From the NCBI GenBank assembly GCA_000165425.1, contig CT868012.1, positions 186,001-250,000 on the forward strand: a DNA stretch of 64,000 nt, in the 5' to 3' direction. Source of the stretch: Paramecium tetraurelia. Taxonomy: Eukaryota. Below the pieces are notes generated by a model. The model ran no database searches. It had not been told where the DNA came from and worked only from the letters and a program-made list of their open reading frames with translations. Position numbers and translations under genes: made by a program. Within the stretch, counting starts at the first letter, position 1; the number at the start of each line of letters is the position of its first letter. Positions 51,041 to 61,767 of this stretch are shown one piece after another.

Positions 51041-52789
51041 TCAGGGTGTCAATTTTGACAAAGGAGCTCTACCTTTGTGTTCCTTCATTGAAGGATGGAA
51101 GCTGTCCTTTCTCCATTGTTTCATATGTCTTCTGAGATTGCAATTGGGACTGTCAGAACAAGGTTCATTATCATCAATTTAATCGAACATAGCAGCCAAA
51201 GTCCATGATGGTTCAACGCCATTAATCTTTCCTGTTTCAATCAAACTAAGAATATAGACAAATATAGATACGTATCAGAAGGTACTCTGTAACCAACAGC
51301 GAATAATTCTTCGACGTAAAGTCCCAAAAAGCATTAAGTGGCATAAAATTTGTTTTTATTATTCTCATCGAATTCCTTTGTACAGAATTCATCAAAATAC
51401 TCTAATTATGTCCAAGTGTAATCATTATCATCATTAAACAATTTAGATACAAAATCGGCTGATCCTGCAGCATAGACCTTAGATTCAGGTGAGATTTTTG
51501 GGATATAGGCTTCTTGAATGTTACATTAATCGCATGTAGAATTGAATCCAATTAAATATAAGTCGATTAAATCTTTGCAATCATTTGGATTACCAGTACC
51601 AACAACTTCAACCTCATCATTGAATTTGTCTTTGTATCCTTTGAGATAGCAAGGATTTTCGAAACTTGCTGATCTCTTGTGTAAATTGTGTAAAAACTTA
51701 TTGATCTAGATTCTGGCTTGATCTTATCCAAAATACAACCATGAATGTGAATACAATGAAATGTTATAAACGGTGGTATCAAAAGTATGATAATCTGTTC
51801 CATATTCATCATCGTATGACAAGTAATATTGATCTTATTCAGTGATTTCGTCAGCCAATTAAGTACTAGCACCACCAATATCAATTGTTGTATAACTTTC
51901 TCTCAATTTTCCTTATTCATCAATGTTGCTATTAGCGAAATAACCCTTCAAATAATTGACAGATAACCATAAATAAGCGCCCTAAATTTGATTTAAAATT
52001 TACCTCGTCTTTTCCACTTATTATTCTTGCCCAATCTGAATTTTCAAACAAATATCCACTCTCCCTCAAAATTCTTCTAACCTCTTCCATGACATCATAT
52101 TGTTATCCCCAATCTAAAATTCTCATGCCTGCTGTAGCTCCAAGTAAAATGGGTGTTCTATGTCTGATTTCCTCTTCAACATGTTCATTTGCAAAATCTA
52201 ACAATGGTTGTAAATAGTCCTTGATTCCAGCAATATTATCTCCGAATTGTGAGATTCCTGGGTTAACCTTGACTGAAGGGGCCTAACAATTAAAATAATT
52301 TGAATACCTATTGTGTTATTTCAATCTCTGGATTTGCATAATGGAATAATCTGCAAGGCCAAGTATAAACAAACACTCTTGTACCTGAGCTTCCTGCGTC
52401 AAATATCACTCCTTTGCAAGTTTGTTATTCTACTGGTTCACTTTAACCCCCAGTAGTACCACCATTTGAACATGAACCGCCATTATCAGATCCTATTTTC
52501 GGTTATATTAAATACCTTCGTCACCATTGCCACTTTATCCACTATCTTCTCCTCCATTTCCTTAGCCTTCTTCTCCGTTTCCTTGACCTTCTTCTCCATT
52601 TCCTTGACCTTCTTCTCCATTTCCTTAGCCTTCTTCTCCATTTCCTTAACCCTCTTCTCCATTTCCTTGGTTTTCTTCTCCATTTTCCTTTCCTGTTTCG
52701 TCTTCTTGACGATGACCCAAAAATTAAACTCTTCTTGCCTGAGCAACGGCCAATAATAAAATAAGCAATATTGCAAGATTCAACTTCAT
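51041..52789 (-). CDS. GDA1/CD39-family nucleoside triphosphate diphosphohydrolase (apyrase), predicted secreted
   Basis: Signal MKLNLAILLILLLAVAQA. Apyrase conserved regions VIFDAGSSGTR, PGISQF, LGATAGMR, SGKDEGAYLWLSVNY, IDIGGASTQ and PSWTLAAM. No C-terminal TM helix. Four tiny introns. Confidence 0.93.
52552..52686 (-). repeat. 21-nt coding tandem repeat (QGNGEEG, about 6.5 copies) in the apyrase N-terminus
   Basis: Unit close to ttctccatttccttgaccttc on the + strand, with mostly synonymous variation including TAA/CAA interchange for Gln. Confidence 0.9.
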
Positions 52790-53398
52790 TAAATAATAAA
52801 AATAATTCAAATTTCCACACGCGTTTTACGATTTGAGATATTCTGATTTGTGTTAAGTCTTATAATAATAAAATAAAAATAACGATAATTGTATTTATAA
52901 TTTGTAGGTTTAAATATTTAACGCTAACCCAATTCCTACTCTATGTCATATAGAAACACTTTAAATCCTCTTGGCACATCAGTATCCATAATATAAGAAT
53001 TAAAAATAAGAAAAGCTTATTTAAAGCTTACATACTTACATTTCAAACCTCTGTTTGAAGATATTGATTAAAACCCACCAATATAAAATACAATCATGGC
53101 CTACTATTTTAAATGTTGGTGGAAAATGAGAATTCATAATGCATGAAAAGTTTAAGAGATTACCATAAATAAGGTAAAATTTTTGATATAATGATTATAA
53201 TATTAATTAGATTCTTGCTTTTATTTCAAATTAAATTTAAATTTTCATTTATATAAAATTCAGGAATTTAGAATAGTTTATTTATTCCAAATTTAGCATT
53301 TTATATTGTAATTAATCAGTAATAATTAGGCAACTCGTGCTATAAGAGCTGACCGCTTAATCAAATCACAATTCATAATAAATTAATCAAAAATTAGA

Positions 53399-54215
53399 AT
53401 GGAAGCAAAAAGAATTGTTTTGATAACAGGTGCCAACAGAGGTTTGGGATTAAAACTAGCTGAAGTACTTGCAGAAAAATACTCTTTGATATTGACTGCT
53501 AGAAAACAAGATGAATTGGAAAAAACTAAACAAAACTTAGAAAAGAATTTCTAAAATCTTGAAATCAAGACTCATCTGTTGGATGTCAGTAGTAAGGAGA
53601 GTGTGAGAAAGCTTAAAGATTGGCTTGTATCACAACACTTAAAGATCGATGTACTTGTCAACAATGCTGGAGTGAACTAAGACCCAAGAAAAATCATTGA
53701 TATCAACTTGATTGGAACCATTGATGTGACTGAGTAATTACTTAGTACCTTGAAGGATGATGGAAAGGTAATTGTGACCATATTAATTTATAGGTTATAT
53801 TGATCTCATCCATCCTAGGAAAGTTGGAAAACCAACCATAAGACTTAAAAGAGACATTATTGAAAAAAAAAACCAAGGAAGAAATTATTTAGCTTTCAGA
53901 GGAATTTATCTTAAAAAACCAAGAATATTTGACTGTTTATTCAGCCTCTAAAGCACTCTTAAATGCTTATGGTAGATATGTTTTGAGTGGAATAGTCAAA
54001 CCAAATTAATCAATCTACTGTATACATCCAGGATGGTACACTAATTAACTTATAAATTAAGGATTAAAACTGAAATGGGAGGTCCTTAAGCTCCAGGTAC
54101 ACTTGATGAGGGAGTTGTAACAAGCTAATTTTTGATCAAGGATCTACCATTCAAGAGAGATGAGAAGTACCATGGAAAGTATATTAATGACAAGGCTCAA
54201 GTGGAAGATTATTGA
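53399..54215 (+). CDS. Short-chain dehydrogenase/reductase (carbonyl-reductase-like)
   Basis: ITGANRGLG, LLDVS, LVNNAG, ISS, YSASK and HPGWIKTEMGG. Two tiny introns. Confidence 0.93.
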
Positions 54216-54601
54216 TTATGAATTATCAAATATTATCAATAATCGAGAAAGATATGCCTAAATTTTAAAATAGTATAACTCTAAAATATTTCATTCAATA
54301 ACAACTTGAAGAAATTGATTAAAAGAATAGAAAATAACAAAACTATTTCTTAACTTACTATAAAGAAATTAAATTTGGAGATCAATTTCAGTTGTATTAC
54401 ACTTATAAAACAATACATGATTTATCCAAAATTTCCTAAATAATTCAGTTTTTGATGAAGTTCAAATTTTGAATAGAATATTTGGATTAATTAATTGATG
54501 GCCTGGAATGGAATGCCCACAAAGGAAGGTAATAATAATAATGGATTATCTCATTTAGTGATGACTATTTTATTAAATTAAATCTTTTATTAAAAAATTC
54601 A

Positions 54602-54913
54602 ATGGCAAGAGGTACTCCAGCAATCGGTAAGAGACATCAAAAGACTCATACTTTTTGTAAAAGATGTGGCAGATAGACTTTCCATATTTAAAAAAATAGA
54701 TGTGCATCATGCGGATATCCAGCTGCAAGATTGAGACTTTGTAAATTCATAAATTGAATAATAGACAGCGGATGGGGAGAGAAGGTCGCTAGAAGAAGAT
54801 CTACTGGAACAGGAAGAATGAGATATTTGAAGTCTATCGCTAGAAGAGCTAAGAATGGTTTCAGAGCTGGAACATAAGCTTAACCAAAAGTTAAAAACAC
54901 ATAAAAAAAATGA
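54602..54913 (+). CDS. RPL37: 60S ribosomal protein L37 (eL37)
   Basis: [45 protein letters not shown]...[14 protein letters not shown]. 24-nt intron at 54741-54764. Confidence 0.98.
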
Positions 54914-55029
54914 TTTAAAATCAAATGCTTAATAAATAGTACATCAATATGTTATGAGCCTTCCCATCCCTACTTCTTAAATTCAAACCTTAATTTTATT
55001 TTAATAAAATGAACAACACATATATAATA

Positions 55030-55701
55030 TCAACAGTATCGTTAATCTGGTACATCAATCATAAAAATGCATGCACATCCCAGCAATACCAACAATCCAA
55101 TCAAAGCCTTTTGTTTTTGGTACCATAAAATCCCAACAAAAAACCCTCCGAAATGAGCAGAGTAATCAATATGAGTGTGAGGTTCAAATATCAATAAGAT
55201 CTAGATGCAAAGCACTATCAGTATTCCATAGTACTTTTCTTAAGGCTATTTAGTTTTTATCAAGTATGCCAATTAGTAGCCCAGAAACCCAAATATAGCT
55301 CCGCTTGCCCCAACTCCAGTGGCTGTTGGGAAGTAGAGTGCACTAGCAATATTACCACCAATTCCAGCTATAAAGTACAGTAATAAGAAATCCTATGTTC
55401 CGTTTCTATTTTCATATGAATAACAGAGCAACAATTAACTAAGTAGATTGGATAACAGATGACCATTTCCTCCATGTAAAAAGATTGGATTGAATAATCT
55501 GTGGAAATGATAATGATATTTAATAGATGGTGTGTGCTTAGATCCAGCATAATATAAAATGCAAAAGTGAGAAACTCCTTTGATTACCATTATGACTGCT
55601 TAAATAGTTATTTGGATCATTGAAATAACAATGGTTGCATTAATTCTGAATTCTTTTTTCTGCCTATTGCTGAAGAAATCATCATCATTATATAACATCA
55701 T
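55030..55701 (-). CDS. Rhomboid intramembrane serine protease
   Basis: Intronless, 223 aa. FHRLFNPIFLHGGNGHLLSN, catalytic GASGAIFG and IDYSAHFGG. Confidence 0.9.
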
Positions 55702-55775
55702 GATTATTTAATAATTATTTAATTAGACAATGAATTTAATAGAATTTTAGATTATTGATAAACACTTTGACTAAG

Positions 55776-57708
55776 ATGGAAATAAAACAGTAGAATACCT
55801 AGACAGCCAACATAATGTTATGTATTGAGTAATTCTATGTAGTGGTAACGGATAATACTAAAATTTCTAAAAAACCGGCACATGGACAGAAGTAATTGAA
55901 GTTTATGGAGAACACATTATAATAGCAAAAGGAGATTATAACCAGGATAAAAAATAAGGAAAGTGGATATATTCTATTAACGATTAAACCTTGTATTTAA
56001 TGAACTCTATTATTAAGAGGGACCAAAACATATAAACAAGACAGAGAAATCGGAAATTCCTTTAGCTATTTTATTTATAGATAGCCAAACATTTCCAATA
56101 ACATTTGGTATTTAGTTGAAGAATTTCTTCTTTATGAAGGGAAAAGAATTACTCAAAGTTACATTTTCAATTTTAATAAATTTATGTAAGATAACTAATT
56201 CCATTTAGATAATGTGGAAATTATTTGATGGGAGGTAGAAAATAAGGAAAATGGATAGAATTAGAGTAAAACTCAATTATATTTGATCAATAAAAATAAA
56301 TATATAGCTTTATTTGTTCTGAAGGAATATATGCTGATGGAGTGAAAGAGGGAAATTGGGAGTCAACATTATATGAATAATATGAACATCAAGTTCATAC
56401 TCATCTTGTTTCAAAGGGTGAATATAAGGAAGGCAGGAAAACAGGAAATTGGACAGAACCAATTGGATATTCATCAAAAGCAGCTATGTTAACAATCATT
56501 AAAGGAAATTATAAAAATAACCAAAAAAATGGACACTGGTCATTGGAAGATGGATAAAAGGATTTATATCCAGATGAAGATTATGATCATGAGGGAAATT
56601 ATGATGAAGATAAGAAAATTAACAACTGGAGGGAAATTAGAATTTATTAGAACTTTCATGTTGATTCCATAATGTATATATCAAATATAAACATAGACGT
56701 ATCTAAGATGAAGGCCAGTATAACAATTATGGCCAGAGGGATGAGGAATGGACTTCTTCATCATCTGGACACAGTGGAAAATGCTGTTATTAAAATGGAG
56801 TACTAAATGGAGAAGCAGAATTATATGATTGCATTGGAAACTTTAAGATCGTTTTGTATTTTAAATAATCTATAATCTAGAACTCGATCAAAAGGAGAAT
56901 TCAATAATGGAAAGAAAAATGGGAGATGGAAAACATCAATTAATATTGATGAAAAATGGATATTATAGTAATTAATGCAAATATAATCTAGTGAAGTTGG
57001 TGAATATGATAATGATATTAAGGTAGGATTATGGCGAGAAAGCTAGTATTTTGATCAATACATTTTAGAATAGACTGAAAAAGATTAAGGACAGTATTAC
57101 CATGGTTAATATTAGAATTTTACTAATTAAAGAAGGTCATTATGGAGAGGGTGGAAAAAAGAAAGATGAATGGACTTGGAGATTCAAATGTCTATCTGGA
57201 GATTACAATGAAAATTAAATCTTTAATATAATAGGTAGAGAAGTACACTCTGAAAATCAAATAAAAGGAAATATGATATTATTTGAGAAAACATTTGGTA
57301 GGTATTATGCCAGATGTACTATTTTATTAAATCATAGTTTACTTTTGTGATATATTTGATGGCCAAATTTTAAATGGGTTTAGAAATGGAGAATGGAAAT
57401 TCTCAGTAATATAAGACCTTATTTAAAAAGAAATCAACTCAAAAGATACTGACTCTGAAAATGAATAAGAATAAAATAATGATGATGAAGAACATAATAG
57501 TAATAATGAAGAAGAATAAGAAGAACATAATGATAATAATGAAGAATAAGAAGAAAATAATAATGATAATGAAGAATAAGAAGAAAATAATAATGATGAA
57601 GAAAATGAAATCGAATAATAAAATTCTGGAGAAGAAGGTGATAATTAAGAAGATCCAGGAAGTTAAGTATTTCAAATTTATTAAAATGGAATAGTTATAC
57701 CTCCTTGA
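55776..57708 (+). CDS. MORN-like (GxYxxxKKxGxW) repeat protein with acidic C-terminal tail
   Basis: Repeats GDYNQDKKQGKW, GIYADGVKEGNW, GEYKEGRKTGNW, GNYKNNQKNGHW and GEFNNGKKNGRW. Many tiny introns; the exact exon structure is uncertain. Confidence 0.75.
57481..57610 (+). repeat. 30-nt coding tandem repeat (about EEQEEHNDNN, ~4 copies)
   Basis: gaagaataagaagaa(c/a)ataat(g/a)at(a/g)at... recurs at 57511, 57541 and 57571, with a degenerate copy upstream. Confidence 0.8.
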
Positions 57709-57776
57709 TTATTAACATTATTAATAATTTAATATATTATTTTTTGTAAATAATTGTAAATTATATTAATTTATAA

Positions 57777-59686
57777 TCATTCCTTGAATTAATCACTATT
57801 TTTATATCTTCTTTATTTCAATTCTTATTCTATTTACCAGGCTTTCTTTCGTTTTGGTTTGATCTCTGGCAAAGCTTCTTTGTTTTCAGCAGAAATATAT
57901 TGATTAACCAGTTCAAAGTGTTTCTTGTCGTTTATTTTAGGAAAATTTAATAAACTTACTTACTTATTGTAATCTTATTATTTCGATTTATTGTCTTTAA
58001 TCCCTTTTTTCTATTCATCTTTAAGTAGAAATTGATTCTCATTCAACTTTCGATTTGTATCAATATTTTGTTCAATTTTGATTTATCCATTTTCCAATTC
58101 TTTTACTAGAGAGGTTGGAGAACCTAATGCTAATTTCTTAGCACTATAATAACTGCTCACTCCAGCTTTTTCTTTCAATTCTCTCACGAATCTTTCATTT
58201 TTCTATTATTCCAACATCATCTCATATCTTTTTTATTCTTACTTAGCAATCTATTCAAGTGCTTGTTTTCTCTTTTATTTCTATTATTCTTCTTTATATC
58301 TTTGATTCCCCAGTCTCAGATGTTCTAATTAACTTGAAATTTTAACACTTAATTTTTCCAATTTTTCTTATCTTTTTAACTCCGCTGCCAATTTCTATTC
58401 TATTACATTTTTCTAATGAAATCTAAGGCTTTCAATTAAGAATCCTTGTTTTTATCTATTAACATCCTCTCTCTAAGACCATTTCGTACCTTAACCTTCT
58501 TTCTTTTTCTTACATAGACTTCTAATTTCTTTTTTGGTGAAGATGTTCTTTATTTATAGTGAATTGAAGATCTCTGTTCCTTTTATGGTAAAGGTTATGT
58601 TATTTATTGTTAATTGTGTTATTCTTCAAGTCTTTCACAATCCTTCCTCATTTAATCTAACTCTTATTATTTCTTTCTTTTTTGCAGTGTATTTGGAGTC
58701 ATCGCCTCAATATGTTTTTTAGGATTCATAGTATTGAAGAAATCAAATAACTCCTTATTAATAGCGCTTTTTGTTCTTGGCTTCTTTTCTTTTTAATATC
58801 TTTGTGCACTCTTACACCCTCTCATTTTTACTTGCAATTTCTCACTTTCAATTTCAAAGGTTAAATTAAATTGTTTACCTTTTTTATTTTAGGTTCTTAA
58901 AGGAAAAATCATACTCTTAAAGAATTTGTCCCTTAATTGTTATTTGTGTAACTTTTCTTATTATTCTTATTCTTGTTTTTTCAGCAATTCTTCTTATTTC
59001 TATTATTCCTCTATTTATTTCTATTTTGCTTCTAATTCTGCCTTCTCTTAATTGTTTTGGTCAGTCTCCTAATTCTCTTAGTTGGCGTCATTGTTTGATT
59101 AAGATGGATTATTCGATTATTAATTTTCTTGTACTTCCACTTTTGTTGTTCTTCTTTTCGTTGTTTTCTTTTTTTGATTGTTTCTTTAGCCCTAATTTTC
59201 AATATTGTCTTCCTTTTATTATTTTTATTCTTTAAATTATCCTTACTCTTGTTAATTCGCCCTATTCGATTAAATAATTTCTTTTTCCTATTTAACTTCC
59301 TTATTATTGGATAGTTGAGCATCCTAGCTATTTTCAATTGTTTGATCATTAATGGAATTTTGCTGATTTCCCTTGTTTTCCTATTATGATTCTGACTACA
59401 CCTATTTTTCCTACTATTATTCCTTCTCATTTAGAGCATCTAATGTTTCACCTTGTTAATCAGTGTCTATTGTAGTTTTCTCCTTATTCAACTCTTACTA
59501 CTGGTTATTTGTATTTTCAGAGGCATTATTAAATTATTCATTTTAATTTTCATCTCCATTTGATTACTCCTGGGCTGCTTGAGTCTTCTTACCATTCTCA
59601 TCTTGTTATTCTTATTGTTCCTATTGCAAAACGGTTTGCTGATTATTTTAATTTTATAAAGGATCATCATTTTCATTTTATTGCAT
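57777..59686 (-). CDS. Coiled-coil, Q/E/K-rich hypothetical protein
   Basis: Code-6 frame from MQQNENDDPLQ through long EQK-rich helices to KRKKAWQIEQELKQRRYKNSDQFKE-TGA. Confidence 0.75.
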
Positions 59687-59721
59687 AATTTATAATAAAT
59701 AATATTAGAAACCAATAAAAT

Positions 59722-60897
59722 TCACATATTGATTTCAATTTAATCAGTTTTTTATGAATGCTTTGAATCAAATTGAATGATGGAACCTTCATTCACACTG
59801 TTCATTAACTAATTTTCAATTATCTATTAAAAGTCTTTAACAATAAACAAAGATCTAATTGGCTTATGTTCATTTAATTGTATAGCCGAAGTGTTGCCCC
59901 TTGAAATTCAATTACACTCAATACCTTTAAGTATTTGGACAAGTCCTCCTATGTCCTGAATTGCATTAAGAGTCTAGTTATCTGGCACTACTCTTCTAGC
60001 TAGGCAAGGGCAATGGTTCTCTCGCATGGAAGCTGTCTCCTTCCTCTACATCTGCCTCCTCTTACTCCCATTCAATTTCCTTTTTGGTCACAACAGGTTT
60101 TGGAATAGCTGTTGGAACGTTTAATTGAGTTTATTGTAAGTAATTTCTGGACATGATATTTGTTTACAGATTTGTTTGATTGGATGTACCTTCTTGCAAC
60201 TTCTTAGAGGATAATTTCTACTCCTTTTGCCTTCTGCTTAATACAAAATCATATGTAGTTATGTTATTGCATCTAAAGTAGATGTGCATAACTAGTAGAA
60301 AACTGATAGGAATCATTAATATAATAGTGACTCCCATGTACACATAGCTGAGTATATTATTCAAAAGTATAGTAATGATAATTACAGTAATTAAATAGAG
60401 TTCCATAAGTACTATTAATATGCAAAAGTATTTATAATTTCTTAATCCTATACAATTATTTAACCACACACAATGATGATCGAAGAGTTCTGTGCATCTA
60501 TTGCATTGTTTGCAATGCTTCGATGAGGCATGAACATAAGCATGACAAGCCTTGCAATAGCAATTCAATTTAGATTCATATTTGATTCTATCATAATAAT
60601 TATTTTTCATTACTTCTTCTCCTTAAGTTAGTATTAGGTATATATCTCCGGATCTGTAGGATCTATTTTTGTTGTAATAAACCAAAATATTAGGTTGAAA
60701 AATGAAAAAATCGTAATCAAAATCCAAAGTTGATTCTTATAAATTTGAATTTATATTTTTACATAATCTAAGGTTTGAAATAAGATTATAATGTAATGTC
60801 CGATGTATAGAATTGCCACTCCAATTTAATAATAATTTATTCCTGTTTTGCACTGGAATCCATGTCTATTCACTATATTTTAATTACTTTAATTCAT
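59722..60897 (-). CDS. DHHC-type protein S-acyltransferase (ZDHHC1/11-like)
   Basis: N-terminal [57 protein letters not shown] and ITTYDF. Confidence 0.95.
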
Positions 60898-61767
60898 AAT
60901 TAATAATATATATCATAATCCGATAAAATAATTATTGGCTCATTCAACAGGGTTTTATTTGAAAATTTAAAACTTTTAAAGAATATTGTTGTCAACTTGA
61001 TTCAAACCATTAATTTGAATTTAACAATCACTTAAATCTCCATTTATTCTATTAATAAACTCGAGTTTACAACTAGTCTCAAATTTTAAGAGTATACTCT
61101 ATAGTCATTATTCTAAATTTCAATATATATTGTGATTAGCAACTAATTCTAAATAATCAAACTTTTGATATTCTAATCTAAATAATTTATCTAATATTAC
61201 ATACTATTGATTGTTTAAAGAGATTTCTCTATTCATCAACTCCTCCTTCATATAGTTTCTTTCTTAAAGCTACTTAGTTACAATCAATCTTAACATTCCT
61301 TAGTAAGTAAAATTACATTTTGATTTATTATAAACTTCTATTTTACAACTTTAATGAATTGACAGTTGTTCAAATAACTTCTTATTTACTACCGAAACCT
61401 AATTGAAGACCATGTGTTCCAGGTTTCAAATCCAATGTATTTAAAAATAAGTATATTGTACTCGAACATGCTTTTATTAATGTGCTATTGAGACAATTCC
61501 TTGGAAATTAATGTATTCAAAAAATTAATTGATATTATTTAAAAGTGCACATTCATTAGTAGTTTTAAGAGTTGGGTTGCTTTATGAATTGATAGCAATA
61601 TGACAAAAGAATAAATATGGGAATTATTGATCTCCTCAATATTGTGATTTCAATGTGCTTGATAATTGTTGTGTGTTTTGAAAATGGATGAACATTTATA
61701 TAGATTATTAAATTTATGTAAAATAACAATATAATTAAATTTGAATTTCAAAAATAAAGTAACTAAT

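Noticed and set aside
52552..52686. CRISPR-like array
   Set aside because: Contiguous 21-nt units with no unique spacers, in frame within the apyrase gene, and no cas genes.
52466..52820. ORF-track proteins rich in K/E/M, R/W or F/S
   Set aside because: These are alternative-frame and antisense readings of the QGNGEEG repeat; the real frame links the signal peptide to the apyrase domain.
52943..53059. Short plus-strand ORF (MSYRNTLNPLGTSV..., under 40 aa)
   Set aside because: Too short, with no recognisable motif; chance ORFs are common when only TGA terminates.
57439..59715. Several K/N/I/F-rich ORFs in the track
   Set aside because: Shadow frames of E/Q/N-rich low-complexity coding sequence in the MORN-like and coiled-coil genes.
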